NCBI GenBank assembly: GCA_021647905.1
Contig: JAKITW010000003.1
Coordinates: 3,503 to 67,502 of the forward strand
Direction: 5' to 3'
DNA from: Desulfobacterales bacterium
GTDB taxonomy: Bacteria > Desulfobacterota > Desulfobulbia > Desulfobulbales > BM004
DNA length: 64,000 nt
This document shows, in pieces, positions 46,187 through 55,868 of this stretch. The notes under the pieces were generated by a model. It was not told the DNA's origin. It saw nothing but the letters and a program-made list of their open reading frames with translations, and did no database searches. The position numbers were made by a program, and so were the translations under genes. Position 1 is the first letter of the stretch. Each line of letters starts with the position of its first letter.

Positions 46187-48190
46187 TCATGGTTGCGACG
46201 ACTGGGCCGGACCGGTGCAACCGGCGTCGCCAAGACCGGTGGAGCCGAGATCCCTCCGCATGGCCATGTCGAACAGGACCCGCTCGGTCTTCTTGTTGAT
46301 GCCCAGCGCATCCCGTTTCGCCTCGATCTTGGCGATCATGGTCCTGGCGATCTCCACCGGGTCCTCGACCACGTTCCAGTGAGCCCCGTAAACGCCCATC
46401 AGGTCTTCAAGCAGATACTTGTTAAAGACCTTGGCCCCGGAGGTGGGCAGGCTCTGAAAAATTACCTGGGCCCCGCTGGCGACAAAGTACTGGCCGATGG
46501 CCACCGCCTTTTCACTCATCCACAGGGGCGCGGTGCCGATGGCGGGCAGGTCGGAGATGTCATCGCCCAGGCCGCCCTCGCGGACCATCTCGGTGGCTGC
46601 GATCAGGATCCGGCTGTTGTCCACGCAGGAACCCATGTGCAGCACCGGCGGCATGCCCACGGTTTCGCAGATCTCGGCCAGGCCCTTGCCGCAGAACTCC
46701 GCTGCCTCGGGCCGGAGCAGCCCGGCCTTGCCCAGGGAGGTTGCCGCGCAACCAGTGGCCAGCACCAGGACATTGTTTTTGATCAACTCCCGGGCAATGA
46801 CCTCGTGGGAATCATCGGCCAGCTTGAAGTTGTCGCAGCCGACGATTATGCCGACGCCGCGGATCCGGCCGTTGATGATGTTGTCGTTCAAGGGCCGGTA
46901 GCTGGCCCGGAACCGGCCGCCCAGGATGTAGTTAATGGTCTCATGGCTGAAACCGACCACCACGTCTGTCTTTTCTTTTTCCGGAATATAAAATGCGTCC
47001 CGTTTCTTGTAATTGGCAATGGCGTGTCTGAGGATCCGCTTGGCTGATTCGAGCGGCTCATGTTCCTCGAACTGGATGTGAATCCCGCCCGGCATCTTGG
47101 CCCGGTAGTTGGTGGTGATGATGTCGGTATGGAAGTTTCCAGCCACCTCGGCCACCGACTGCATGACACACTGGACATCGACCACCATGGCCTCGATGGC
47201 GCCGGTGGCCAGGACCATTTCCTGCTGGACGAACCCGGCCGCCACCGGGATGCCGCGCCGCATCAGGATCTCGTTGCCGGTGCAGCAGACCCCGGCCAGG
47301 TTGATCCCCTTGGCGCCGGCCTTCTTGGCCAGGCCGAGGATCTCCTGGTCAGAGGCGGCAATACAGAGGGCCTCGGCCAGCAACGGCTCATGGCCGTGTA
47401 CGGTAATATTGACCTGGTCCGGTTTAAGCACGCCCATATCGACTATCGCCCGGATCGGCACCGGGGTGCCGAACATGATGTCAGTGAGTTCAGTGGAAAG
47501 CATCGAGGCCCCCCAGCCGTCGGCCAGGGAACAGCGGGAGGCCTGGAGCAGGATGTTCTCATAGTCCTGATCCACGCCCATGTGGGTGCGGTGCATGGTC
47601 TCCACCACCTCACGGTCGATACCGCGGGGCTCAACACCAAGTTTCTTCCAGATGGCCTGGCGCTTGGCCGGGGCCCGCTTCAACATGGACAGCGGCGTGT
47701 TTTCCTGGTTGCCGAATTCAGCCAGGGCCTTTTGCCCCAGTTCCAGGGCAATATCCTTGACCTCCCGGTCCTCGGTCTTGATATCAAAGGTCTTGGCCAG
47801 CCTGATCAGCTTGTCCACGTCCTTGATCCGGTGCGGCCCTTCCCCGTTGGCGGTATCAATGAAACCCCGGACCATTTCCCGGGCATGATCGGTATGGGCC
47901 GCGGTGCCGGCGGCCACGATCCGGGCGAAATTCCGGGCCGCCACGGTATCAGCGGTGGCGCCGCAGACCCCGATCATCGATTCAACGCCGTCGATGATCT
48001 GGCAGGGTCCCATATTGCAGTGCCGGCAACAGGTGCCGCCGGCGCCGAACAGGCAGGTAGCCATGCCCCGGGCCTTGATCCGGTCATAGGCGGTCTTGAC
48101 GTTTTTGGCCACATCCTGGGACAACACCGCCTTGGTGGAAACACAGGTGATGTCTGTACAGCCTTCGCACTCACTTCTCTTGATTGCCAT
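46187..48190 (-). CDS. cooS: Anaerobic carbon-monoxide dehydrogenase catalytic subunit
   Basis: CCRHCNMGPC and CGATADT motifs with later cluster-C ligand motifs. Start at ATG 48190 after GAGGTG. Confidence 0.9.
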   Translation of the reverse strand: MAIKRSECEGCTDITCVSTKAVLSQDVAKNVKTAYDRIKARGMATCLFGAGGTCCRHCNMGPCQIIDGVESMIGVCGATADTVAARNFARIVAAGTAAHTDHAREMVRGFIDTANGEGPHRIKDVDKLIRLAKTFDIKTEDREVKDIALELGQKALAEFGNQENTPLSMLKRAPAKRQAIWKKLGVEPRGIDREVVETMHRTHMGVDQDYENILLQASRCSLADGWGASMLSTELTDIMFGTPVPIRAIVDMGVLKPDQVNITVHGHEPLLAEALCIAASDQEILGLAKKAGAKGINLAGVCCTGNEILMRRGIPVAAGFVQQEMVLATGAIEAMVVDVQCVMQSVAEVAGNFHTDIITTNYRAKMPGGIHIQFEEHEPLESAKRILRHAIANYKKRDAFYIPEKEKTDVVVGFSHETINYILGGRFRASYRPLNDNIINGRIRGVGIIVGCDNFKLADDSHEVIARELIKNNVLVLATGCAATSLGKAGLLRPEAAEFCGKGLAEICETVGMPPVLHMGSCVDNSRILIAATEMVREGGLGDDISDLPAIGTAPLWMSEKAVAIGQYFVASGAQVIFQSLPTSGAKVFNKYLLEDLMGVYGAHWNVVEDPVEIARTMIAKIEAKRDALGINKKTERVLFDMAMRRDLGSTGLGDAGCTGPAQSSQP

Positions 48191-48284
48191 TATTTCACCT
48201 CGTTCAAACAAGAATCAAATGCCGACACCCGGTTGTCGTCCTGTTACCGGACAGGTTCGGCATGGTCCGGCCCTGCCGGCCGGG

Positions 48285-49172
48285 TTAAACAAGTCCAGCG
48301 GCCTGCCTGGCGGCCTGGACCGTGTTTTTCATCAGCATGGTAATGGTCATCGGCCCGACACCGCCGGGAACCGGGGTGATGGCCGCGGCCTTTTCCTTGA
48401 CCCCCTCAAAATCCACGTCACCGGCCAGGATGGCCTTGCCGGACTCGCTCTTGCCGATCCGGTTGACCCCCACATCGATGATCACCACCCCCTCCTTGAC
48501 CATGTCGGCGGTAACCATCTTGGCAACCCCCACCGCGGCGATGATGATATCGGCCCGCCGGGTGTGGGCGGCCATATCCCTGGTCCGGGTGTGACAGAGG
48601 GTGATGGTGGCGTTGCCGGATTCACGCTTCTGGAGCATCAGGTTGGCAATCGGCTTGCCCACGATGTTGCTCCGGCCGAGGATCACCACCTCGGCGCCGC
48701 TGGTCTCAACGCCGCTCCGCTTGAGCAGTTCGAGGATGCCGTGGGGGGTGCAGGGCAGGAAGCATTGTTCGCCCAGGACCATCTTGCCGACATTGACCGG
48801 ATGGAAGCCGTCCACATCCTTGTCCGGGTCAATGGCAAAGAGCACCTTGGCCTCGTTGATATGCTTGGGCAGCGGCAACTGGACCAGGATGCCGTTGATC
48901 TTGCCGTCCTTGTTGTACTTGTCGACAACGGCGAGCAGGTCCTCCTCGCTGGTATCAGCCGGCAGGGTGATCTGCTCGGAATGAATCCCCAGGGCATGGG
49001 CGGTCTTGTTCTTGGCGGAAACATAGGACTGGGAGGCCGGATCCTCGCCGACCAGGATGGTTACCAGCCCGGGGGTGATATTATGTTTTTCAATAAGTTC
49101 GGCAACCTCGACTTTCAATTCCTCGCGAATGGCCCTGGCCGTCTCGGTGCCGCTGATGATCTTGGCGGTCAT
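48285..49172 (-). CDS. folD: Bifunctional methylene-THF dehydrogenase/methenyl-THF cyclohydrolase
   Basis: ILVGEDPASQSYV, GILVQLPLP, GRSNIVGKP and TPVPGGVGPMT motifs. Confidence 0.9.
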   Translation of the reverse strand: MTAKIISGTETARAIREELKVEVAELIEKHNITPGLVTILVGEDPASQSYVSAKNKTAHALGIHSEQITLPADTSEEDLLAVVDKYNKDGKINGILVQLPLPKHINEAKVLFAIDPDKDVDGFHPVNVGKMVLGEQCFLPCTPHGILELLKRSGVETSGAEVVILGRSNIVGKPIANLMLQKRESGNATITLCHTRTRDMAAHTRRADIIIAAVGVAKMVTADMVKEGVVIIDVGVNRIGKSESGKAILAGDVDFEGVKEKAAAITPVPGGVGPMTITMLMKNTVQAARQAAGLV

Positions 49173-49854
49173 GTGCAGTTTCCTCCGGATAAATTCGTAA
49201 CTATGATTAAATACACCTATTAAGCAGACATGGTCTCCGGGACCGGCAAATGAATATCAGTTCACCTGCAACGGCAGAGACATGCGACAATTCCAGGAAC
49301 GGAACCTTTAAAATTAACCAGTTTTTCACCTTTTTTCAAGAAAGGATTTTGAAAATCCGCCAAAGTTTTGCAGGATGGGGCGAGAGTGGTGACTTGTGGT
49401 TTCGGAAAGGAGGGTCCAAGGGCGATTTCGAATGAATTCACCACAAAGTACGGGCTCCCCTTTTTTTCCGAAGACGAGAAAAAGAAATCTATAGTCGCCT
49501 GGTAATATTATAAACCATACTAAAAACGGCATTGTCGGAAAACCAAGCGACAACACCGTATCCCTCTCAAACCTGAATGCATCCTTCAACGCCCCGGGCA
49601 CAACGACCAGGGCATGGAACCCTAATGAACGTATTCGAATTGGCAAAATTCCTCAACTGAAAAATAGCTGAATGTCACCTGGGAACCAATGATGACTTTA
49701 TCAACGGTTGTATCTCCGCCATGTCTGTGCTATACAGACAATCCGGTAAAAAAACGGCTGAAAGGCAAAAAAACTCCCGGGCAAACAGCTAGATTCGATG
49801 GATTTGTAAAAACCGGTTTTTGTCAGCGTTCACCATGGTTTCAAGGAGAAGATA

Positions 49855-50076
49855 ATGCGGGAAAGGGTACAAGCTGCAATCGATAAAGTCCGGCCCGCCC
49901 TGCAGCGGGACGGCGGCGACGTTATTCTGATGGAGATCACGGATGACGGGGTGGTCAAGGTGCAGCTCACCGGCGCCTGCAAGGGCTGTCCCATGTCCCA
50001 GATGACCCTGAAACAGGGTATTGAACAGTTTGTCAGAAGCGAAGTGCCGGAGATCAAAGCCGTGGAATCGATCTGA
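49855..50076 (+). CDS. NifU C-terminal-domain (Nfu-like) Fe-S assembly protein
   Basis: 73 aa. IDKVRPALQRDGGDV...GACKGCPMSQMTLK pattern. Confidence 0.8.
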   Translation: MRERVQAAIDKVRPALQRDGGDVILMEITDDGVVKVQLTGACKGCPMSQMTLKQGIEQFVRSEVPEIKAVESI

Positions 50077-50146
50077 CCCCGGAAGCTGTTCCCTTCCCCC
50101 ACCCGGGTACCTTGAGCCCCCTCCGGAAACGGGTGTTTCCGAAAGG

Positions 50147-50617
50147 TCATTTATGATATTTCTCACCGGCCTTAATGGTATGGGCGCGGTACAGCTGCTC
50201 CACCAGGAGCAGCCTGGCCATTTCATGGGTAAAGGTCATTGCCGACAGGGAAAGGACCAGGTCCGCCGCCTTGACAGCCGATGGCGCCAGCCCCAGGGCG
50301 CCGCCGATGAGAAAGGAGGCTGTCTTGATCCCCCTCCCCTCCCAACCGGTCAACCGGCCGGCCAGTTCCTCAGAGGAAAGCGGCCGGCCGCCGGGGTCCA
50401 GGGCCACGACCAGGCTGTTTTTTGAAACCGCGGCCAGCAGCACTTTGGTCTCGGCCTCGATCAAACGTGAATCAGGGTCGTTTTTCCTGACCCTGGGTTC
50501 TCGAATGGTCTTGATCTCCAGCCGGGTGTAGTGGCGGAGCCGCCTGGTAAAATCGTCTATTCCCGCGGCCAGGTACGGGGTCCTGGTCTTGCCGAGAAAG
50601 AGTAATTCCAGTTTCAT
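50147..50617 (-). CDS. rlmH: 23S rRNA (pseudouridine1915-N3)-methyltransferase
   Basis: 156 aa SPOUT protein. FLIGGALG and LSLSAMTFTHEMARLLLVEQLYRA motifs. Confidence 0.85.
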   Translation of the reverse strand: MKLELLFLGKTRTPYLAAGIDDFTRRLRHYTRLEIKTIREPRVRKNDPDSRLIEAETKVLLAAVSKNSLVVALDPGGRPLSSEELAGRLTGWEGRGIKTASFLIGGALGLAPSAVKAADLVLSLSAMTFTHEMARLLLVEQLYRAHTIKAGEKYHK

Positions 50618-50636
50618 CCCGGTCCACGCTGTTTTT

Positions 50637-50735
50637 GTCGGTCTCGTAAAAACATTCGAGACGGACGTGGGTCTTGTTGTAACTTGCTGATTCCGTTCAG
50701 TGGCATTTGAAACATTTCGGGTTGTTACGAGTTTG
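50637..50735 (+). mobile_element. 99-bp MITE, diverged copy A
   Basis: gtcggtctcgtaaaaacattcgagacggacgtgg...tttcgggttgttacgagtttg is about 80% identical by eye to the reverse complement of copies B and C. Its flanks are not a clean TSD. Confidence 0.7.
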
Positions 50736-51131
50736 TCATTTTTCGGAAGAACCGTCCAGGGTGGCGGCGAATTTCGCCCGGAACTCCGGGTAACTCATGG
50801 ACCGGTTGATTCCCGGGCAGGATTCCCGGATCGCGCTCAGGTTGGCCTCGTCCTTCAGAAGACTGGGGTGGAGCGGCCATTCCCGGCAGCGCCACGGCCT
50901 GCCCGGATGCACGGTACAGCCCTGGTCATAGAATATGCAGTGGCCGTCCCTGATCTTCATCTGGACGATGTTGCCGCTTATCCGCCAGAATTTTTCCGCC
51001 ACCTCTTTCTCGCTCATGCCCAGATGGGCGCACATCCGCCCGCGGTCCGCCTCGTCCAGCGACACCGTGGTCTGGCCATGGCAGCAATAGCCGCATTGTT
51101 GGCACTCGAATATTTTTTCGTCCATGTTCAC
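50736..51131 (-). CDS. YkgJ-family cysteine-cluster protein (CxxCxxCC; UPF0153)
   Basis: FECQQCGYCCHG near the N-terminus and CIFYD..GCTVHPGRPWRCREWP later. Confidence 0.7.
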   Translation of the reverse strand: MNMDEKIFECQQCGYCCHGQTTVSLDEADRGRMCAHLGMSEKEVAEKFWRISGNIVQMKIRDGHCIFYDQGCTVHPGRPWRCREWPLHPSLLKDEANLSAIRESCPGINRSMSYPEFRAKFAATLDGSSEK

Positions 51132-51193
51132 TCGGTGCCCTCTGCGTCCTCGGCGGTGAAATCAGACTTTTTTACGAGTCCGTCAAAAAATGA

Positions 51194-51292
51194 TGAACTC
51201 GTAACAACCCGAAAGGCTTCAAATGCCACCCAATAAAATCAACAAGTTACAAGACGAATCACGTCCGTCGAGCGGGTTGTTGCGAGACCGAC
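51194..51292 (-). mobile_element. 99-bp MITE, copy B
   Basis: Identical to copies C and D. Flanked by the direct repeat aaaaaatga (51185-51193 and 51293-51301). The terminal inverted repeat core is CTCG(Y)AACAACCCG. Confidence 0.85.
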
Positions 51293-51319
51293 AAAAAATG
51301 AAGAGAAACGTGAGATTGC

Positions 51320-51874
51320 TCATGCCGAACCCACTACATCACCGAACAGGGTGATGTCGATTCCATATTGTTGCGCGGCCCGTTTCCATTTCATCTCATC
51401 CGGGGTCTTGAAAAGAATCTCGTTTTCAGCCGGCAGCACCAGCCAGCCGTCCACAATGAGTTCGCTTTCCAGCTGGCCCGGGGCCCAGCCCGAATAGCCC
51501 AGGGTCAGCACATAGTCATCCGGCCCCTGGCCGAGCACTATATCCCTGAGAATCCGAGGCTCGGAGGAGAGACAGACCGTGCTGGTCACCTCCAGCCGGC
51601 TGGGCGCCTGGTAATCCGAAGAATAGAGGATAAAGACCGAGTTCAGCCCCACCGGACCGCCCATATAGACCGAGGGCAGGACCAGCCCTTCCGGGGCCTC
51701 GATATTGGCTGCCTGGAGGATCTCGGCAAAGCTTACGTCCGGTATGGGCTCGTTGACCACCAGGCCCATGGCCCCGCCCTCGGTATGGGCGCAGATATAC
51801 ACCACCCGCTGCTGGAAACGCGGGTCCGGCATCCGGGGCGTGGAGATGAGAAAATATCCCTGTAGACTTTCCAT
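51320..51874 (-). CDS. yqgE: YqgE/AlgH-family protein
   Basis: LQGYFLISTPRMPDPRF...GAMGLVVN...GGPV...GYSGWAPGQLE pattern. Start at the internal ATG 51874. Confidence 0.8.
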   Translation of the reverse strand: MESLQGYFLISTPRMPDPRFQQRVVYICAHTEGGAMGLVVNEPIPDVSFAEILQAANIEAPEGLVLPSVYMGGPVGLNSVFILYSSDYQAPSRLEVTSTVCLSSEPRILRDIVLGQGPDDYVLTLGYSGWAPGQLESELIVDGWLVLPAENEILFKTPDEMKWKRAAQQYGIDITLFGDVVGSA

Positions 51875-52073
51875 GATCGGCAACTCTTGTTTTGCGGGAC
51901 GCAAGGCCCGTTGATTCTTATCGGTTCCGAAAGACTAGCATTGGAGACAATCCCCGGTCAAGATCGAAACAGTGGCGTGACCACTGAACAGTCGGAATCC
52001 GTGCTGCGATCTTGCATCTGGACGCAGGAAAGGTATATTCTGCGTATGCAGTTATATATTCCGAATCTGCAGC

Positions 52074-52141
52074 ACTGCTGAACGGTTACCGGCCGAGGGG
52101 ATCTGCTCCTTTTGTGTCCCCTGGTGAACACTTACAAAATA
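52074..52141 (+). promoter_or_regulatory. Conserved roughly 70-nt upstream motif, copy B (immediately upstream of glgB)
   Basis: actgctgaacggttaccggccgagggg...cccctggtgaacacttacaaaata aligns with 32561-32630. Confidence 0.45.
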
Positions 52142-52152
52142 CCGAGGTCAAG

Positions 52153-54363
52153 ATGGCCGCAATCTCAATCGAAACAGAACTGGAACGGCTCCTGCGGGCC
52201 GACCAGCATGATCCCTTCCAGGTGCTGGGATTTCATTTTGTCGAACAACCGGCCGGGGCCGCGATTATCCGCGCCTTTCAACCCCAGGCCCAGTCCCTGC
52301 GCCTGCTGGCCTTTGACAAAAGCCTGGAGATGGAAAAAACCCGGCCCGAGGGATTGTTTGAAATCACGATCCCGGACTGTAGCGAGCCCTTTGCCTACCG
52401 GTTGGCGGCCGGTTATCACAACGGCGAAGTCCATGAGTTTGTCGACCCCTACCGGTTCCTGCCCCAGCTGGGCGAGATCGACCGCTATCTCTTTAACAGC
52501 GGCACCCATTATGAACTCTACAACCGGATGGGGGCCCACCTGGCCCTGGTGGATGATGTCAGCGGCGTCCTTTTCCGGGTATGGGCTCCCTCGGCCCGCC
52601 GGGTAAGCGTGATCGGCAACTTCAACGGCTGGGACGGCCGGATCCATCAGATGCGGATTCTGGGTTCATCCGGGATCTGGGAGTTGTTCATCCCCGGGCT
52701 GGCTGAAAACGAAATCTATAAATTCGAGATCCTGACCCGGGACGGTCGGCTGCTGGAAAAATCCGATCCCTTTCAATTCTTCGGCGAACTCCGGCCCCGG
52801 ACCGCCTCCATGGTATTTGACCTCAGTGCCTATCAATGGCAGGACCGGCAATGGATGCAGGCCCGGGCCGGGGTCCTGCCCTATGACCGCCCTTTTTCCA
52901 CCTACGAGGTCCATCTCGGCTCCTGGCAGCGCGACCCGGCCGACCCGGACCGGTTCCTCACCTATAAAGAGATAGCGGCCCGGTTGATCCCCTATGTCAA
53001 GGAGATGGGGTTCACCCATGTCGAGTTGATGCCGGTGATGGAGCACCCGCTGGACGAGTCATGGGGCTATCAGGTGACCGGGTATTACAGCGTAACCAGC
53101 CGCTACGGCCGGCCGGACGAATTCATGTACCTGGTCGACCAGTGCCACTGCAACGGGATCGGGGTCATCCTCGACTGGGTGCCGGCCCATTTTCCAACCG
53201 ATTCGCACAGCATCGCCCGGTTCGACGGCACTGCGCTCTACGAACACGAGGACCCGCGCCAGGGGTCCCACCCGGAATGGGGCACCCTGATCTTTAACTA
53301 CGGCCGCAAGGAGACCAGCAATTTTCTCATTGCCAATGCCCTGTTCTGGTTCGACAAGTTTCATATCGACGGGCTCAGGGTGGATGCGGTGGCCTCAATG
53401 CTCTATCTCGACTACTCCCGCAAGGAAGGTGAATGGCTGCCCAACCGTTACGGGGGCCGGGAGAATATCGAGGCGATCGAGTTCCTCAAACACCTGAACA
53501 GCGTGGTCTACCAGCGGTTCCCCAACGTGCTGATGATCGCCGAGGAGTCGACCAGTTTCTTCGGGGTTTCAAAATCGACCGACCAGGGCGGCCTGGGTTT
53601 CGGTTTTAAATGGAACATGGGCTGGATGAACGATACCCTGAGCTATTTCAGCAAGGATCCGCTGTACCGCAAATACCACCACAATGCGCTGACCTTTTCC
53701 CTTTACTACGCCTTTTCCGAAAACTTTATCCTGCCGCTCTCCCATGACGAGGTGGTGCACGGCAAACGCTCGCTGCTCGACCGGATGCCGGGCGATATCT
53801 GGCAGCAGTTCGCCAACCTGCGCCTGCTCTACCTGTATCTCTGGACCCACCCCGGCAAAAAACTGCTCTTCATGGGCAACGAGTTCGGACAGTGGTCGGA
53901 ATGGTACTGCAAGACCAGCCTGGACTGGCACCTGATCGAGCAGGAGCCCCTGCACGGCCAGGTCAAGGAGTTTGTCAAGGAACTGAACCGGTTCTACCGG
54001 GACAACCCGGCCCTGTGGGAGGTTGATTTCTCTGATCAGGGGTTCCGCTGGATGGACTTCCAGGATGCGGACAACTCGGTCATCGTCTTTGTCCGGTTTG
54101 CCAGGGACCAGCGGGACCACCTGGTCTGCGCGCTCAACTTCACCCCCCAGACCCTGGATGATTACAAGATCGGAGTACCTGCCAACCGGCACTACCAGGT
54201 GGTATTCAACTCCGATGCCTCTTTTTTCGGCGGCAGCAATAACGGCGCCCACGGCCACAAGGCCCCGGTCCCGGAACCATGGGGCGAGGCGCCCTTTCAT
54301 CTGACCGCCACTGTACCGCCCCTGGGCGGCATTATCCTGAAACCGATGAACACGGATAAATGA
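52153..54363 (+). CDS. glgB: 1,4-alpha-glucan branching enzyme
   Basis: GH13 motifs DWVPAHF, GLRVDAVASM, IAEEST and LPLSHDEV. Start at ATG 52153 after GAGG. Confidence 0.9.
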   Translation: MAAISIETELERLLRADQHDPFQVLGFHFVEQPAGAAIIRAFQPQAQSLRLLAFDKSLEMEKTRPEGLFEITIPDCSEPFAYRLAAGYHNGEVHEFVDPYRFLPQLGEIDRYLFNSGTHYELYNRMGAHLALVDDVSGVLFRVWAPSARRVSVIGNFNGWDGRIHQMRILGSSGIWELFIPGLAENEIYKFEILTRDGRLLEKSDPFQFFGELRPRTASMVFDLSAYQWQDRQWMQARAGVLPYDRPFSTYEVHLGSWQRDPADPDRFLTYKEIAARLIPYVKEMGFTHVELMPVMEHPLDESWGYQVTGYYSVTSRYGRPDEFMYLVDQCHCNGIGVILDWVPAHFPTDSHSIARFDGTALYEHEDPRQGSHPEWGTLIFNYGRKETSNFLIANALFWFDKFHIDGLRVDAVASMLYLDYSRKEGEWLPNRYGGRENIEAIEFLKHLNSVVYQRFPNVLMIAEESTSFFGVSKSTDQGGLGFGFKWNMGWMNDTLSYFSKDPLYRKYHHNALTFSLYYAFSENFILPLSHDEVVHGKRSLLDRMPGDIWQQFANLRLLYLYLWTHPGKKLLFMGNEFGQWSEWYCKTSLDWHLIEQEPLHGQVKEFVKELNRFYRDNPALWEVDFSDQGFRWMDFQDADNSVIVFVRFARDQRDHLVCALNFTPQTLDDYKIGVPANRHYQVVFNSDASFFGGSNNGAHGHKAPVPEPWGEAPFHLTATVPPLGGIILKPMNTDK

Positions 54364-54371
54364 AGAAAAAT

Positions 54372-54441
54372 CCACCGCAGAGGGCGCAGAGGACGCAAGG
54401 TTAACCAAATAAAATGATACCCTCTCTGCGTCCTCTGCGGT
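54372..54441. repeat. Palindromic GCAGAGG-type element, possible glgB terminator/REP
   Basis: Perfect 13-bp stem cgcagaggacgca (54385-54397) / tgcgtcctctgcg (54427-54439), extendable by 2-3 bp, with an AT-rich 29-nt loop. The arms are built from CGCAGAGG units. Confidence 0.65.
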
Positions 54442-54486
54442 AAAATCTTACAGGGTCGTTCCCCGGACCCGTTGAGGAGGAAAAAA

Positions 54487-54696
54487 ATGACCCCGACCAG
54501 CGATCTGCAACCAAGCGGTGAAAGAATCCGTCAGGCCCTCTGCTGGGTCAGCGATATCCTGGCGGCCTATCCGGAAAAAAAGCGGCGGGCAGTGCTCAAG
54601 GAGGCGGAGATCCGCTTTGATCTCACCCCGCGCGAATGCGAGTTCCTGAACAAGGAGTTTCCCGGCGCACCAGGTGAGATCGAAGCGGACAGATAA
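54487..54696 (+). CDS. Small hypothetical protein (69 aa)
   Basis: ATG 54487 is preceded by GAGGAGG. No family recognised. Confidence 0.45.
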   Translation: MTPTSDLQPSGERIRQALCWVSDILAAYPEKKRRAVLKEAEIRFDLTPRECEFLNKEFPGAPGEIEADR

Positions 54697-54698
54697 CT

Positions 54699-55613
54699 CT
54701 ACTTCTCTTCCGCCCTCTTTCGCTTCAAGGCATAGTTGGCCGCATTGAGGCCGGCGATACAGCCCTCGCCCACCGCCTTGGCCATCTGGTAGGGATGACC
54801 GGTAATATCGCCGGCCGCGTAGATTCCCGGAATATTGGTCTTCTGTTTCTTATCCGTGTTGATATGGGTAAAGGTCTCCATGTCGAGCTGGACCCCGAGG
54901 ATGGTGGCCAGTTCAAGGGCGCCCTTGGCCCCCAGTTCGATAAACACCCCTTGCACCGCAATATTCCGTCCATCCTCGAGCAGGACCCCGGTCACCGCGT
55001 TCTCGCCGACAATTTCCTTGACCCAGTTGCCTTCCAGCACCGTTACCGGCCCGTCCACGAGCTTGTCCCGCAGTTTGCCGGACACTGACAGTTCCCTGGC
55101 TATCAAAAAAACCTCGGAGGCGTAGCCGGTCATGGTCAGGGCGCCGTCCACCGCCGCGCTCTCATTGCCGATAACCGCCACCGGCACGTTGCGGTAGAAA
55201 TTGGCGTCGCAGTCCACGCAGTAACTGACCCCGCGGCCGGCCAGTTCTTTTTCACCCGCCACTTTCAGCTTTTTCCGGGAGGTGCCGGTGGTAAAGATAA
55301 TCGTCCGGGCCGTGATCTTGCGGCCCGACTCCACCGCGATCGCGAACTTTTCATCCACCGCCTCGATATGCAGGACATCCTCGGGCCAGACCTGGGCCCC
55401 GAACCCCTTGACCTGCTCCAGGCCGATTTCCAGCAACTCCTTGCCCTCCCTGACCCCTTCAAGGCAGAGATAGTTCTCCACATGGGCCCGGTAGAGGCTG
55501 CTCTTTTCCAGCCGGCCGAGGACCAGGACCGCGGCCCTTTTCCGGACCGCATGGAGCGCGGCCTGGAGGCCGGCCGGGCCGGCGCCGATTATCACAACAT
55601 CATAGATGTCCAT
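54699..55613 (-). CDS. Thioredoxin-reductase-like FAD/NAD(P) oxidoreductase
   Basis: VVIIGAGPAGL, a CVDC redox pair in place of CATC, and a GDITG motif near the C-terminus. Confidence 0.75.
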   Translation of the reverse strand: MDIYDVVIIGAGPAGLQAALHAVRKRAAVLVLGRLEKSSLYRAHVENYLCLEGVREGKELLEIGLEQVKGFGAQVWPEDVLHIEAVDEKFAIAVESGRKITARTIIFTTGTSRKKLKVAGEKELAGRGVSYCVDCDANFYRNVPVAVIGNESAAVDGALTMTGYASEVFLIARELSVSGKLRDKLVDGPVTVLEGNWVKEIVGENAVTGVLLEDGRNIAVQGVFIELGAKGALELATILGVQLDMETFTHINTDKKQKTNIPGIYAAGDITGHPYQMAKAVGEGCIAGLNAANYALKRKRAEEK

Positions 55614-55638
55614 TATGCTTGCTCCTTTAGCTTGATTT

Positions 55639-55675
55639 GCCGGTCTCGCAATAACCCGCGAGACGGACGTGTGTC
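55639..55675 (+). mobile_element. MITE 5'-end fragment, copy E
   Basis: gccggtctcgcaataacccgcgagacggacgtgtgtc matches the first roughly 37 nt of the MITE. The rest is absent. Confidence 0.5.
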
Positions 55676-55868
55676 ATACGGAAAACAAAAAACTGGTTTA
55701 CCGAAATGCCAGAGGGTACTTTAATGACTGTCGGGCCATGAATCAAGGTCGACAGGACCCATAAGATCGACTATAGTAGCGGCCTTTTGGATTTTCAGTC
55801 TTATTATCAAAAATATCCGGGCACTGCGAACCATCCGGAGTTTTTTTATTACTCACGACACGCCTATC

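Noticed and set aside
49372-49470. Structured RNA with terminator-like end (GGGGCGAG...ACUUGUGGU...ACCACAAAGU...GGGCUCCCC followed by U7) in the long folD/nfu intergenic region; also considered as a folate-type riboswitch for folD
   Set aside because: The outer stem is only about 6 bp with bulges, and the element is on the strand opposite folD and 385 nt from nfu. I could not match any riboswitch consensus from memory. It is worth a covariance-model scan but is not supportable from sequence alone.
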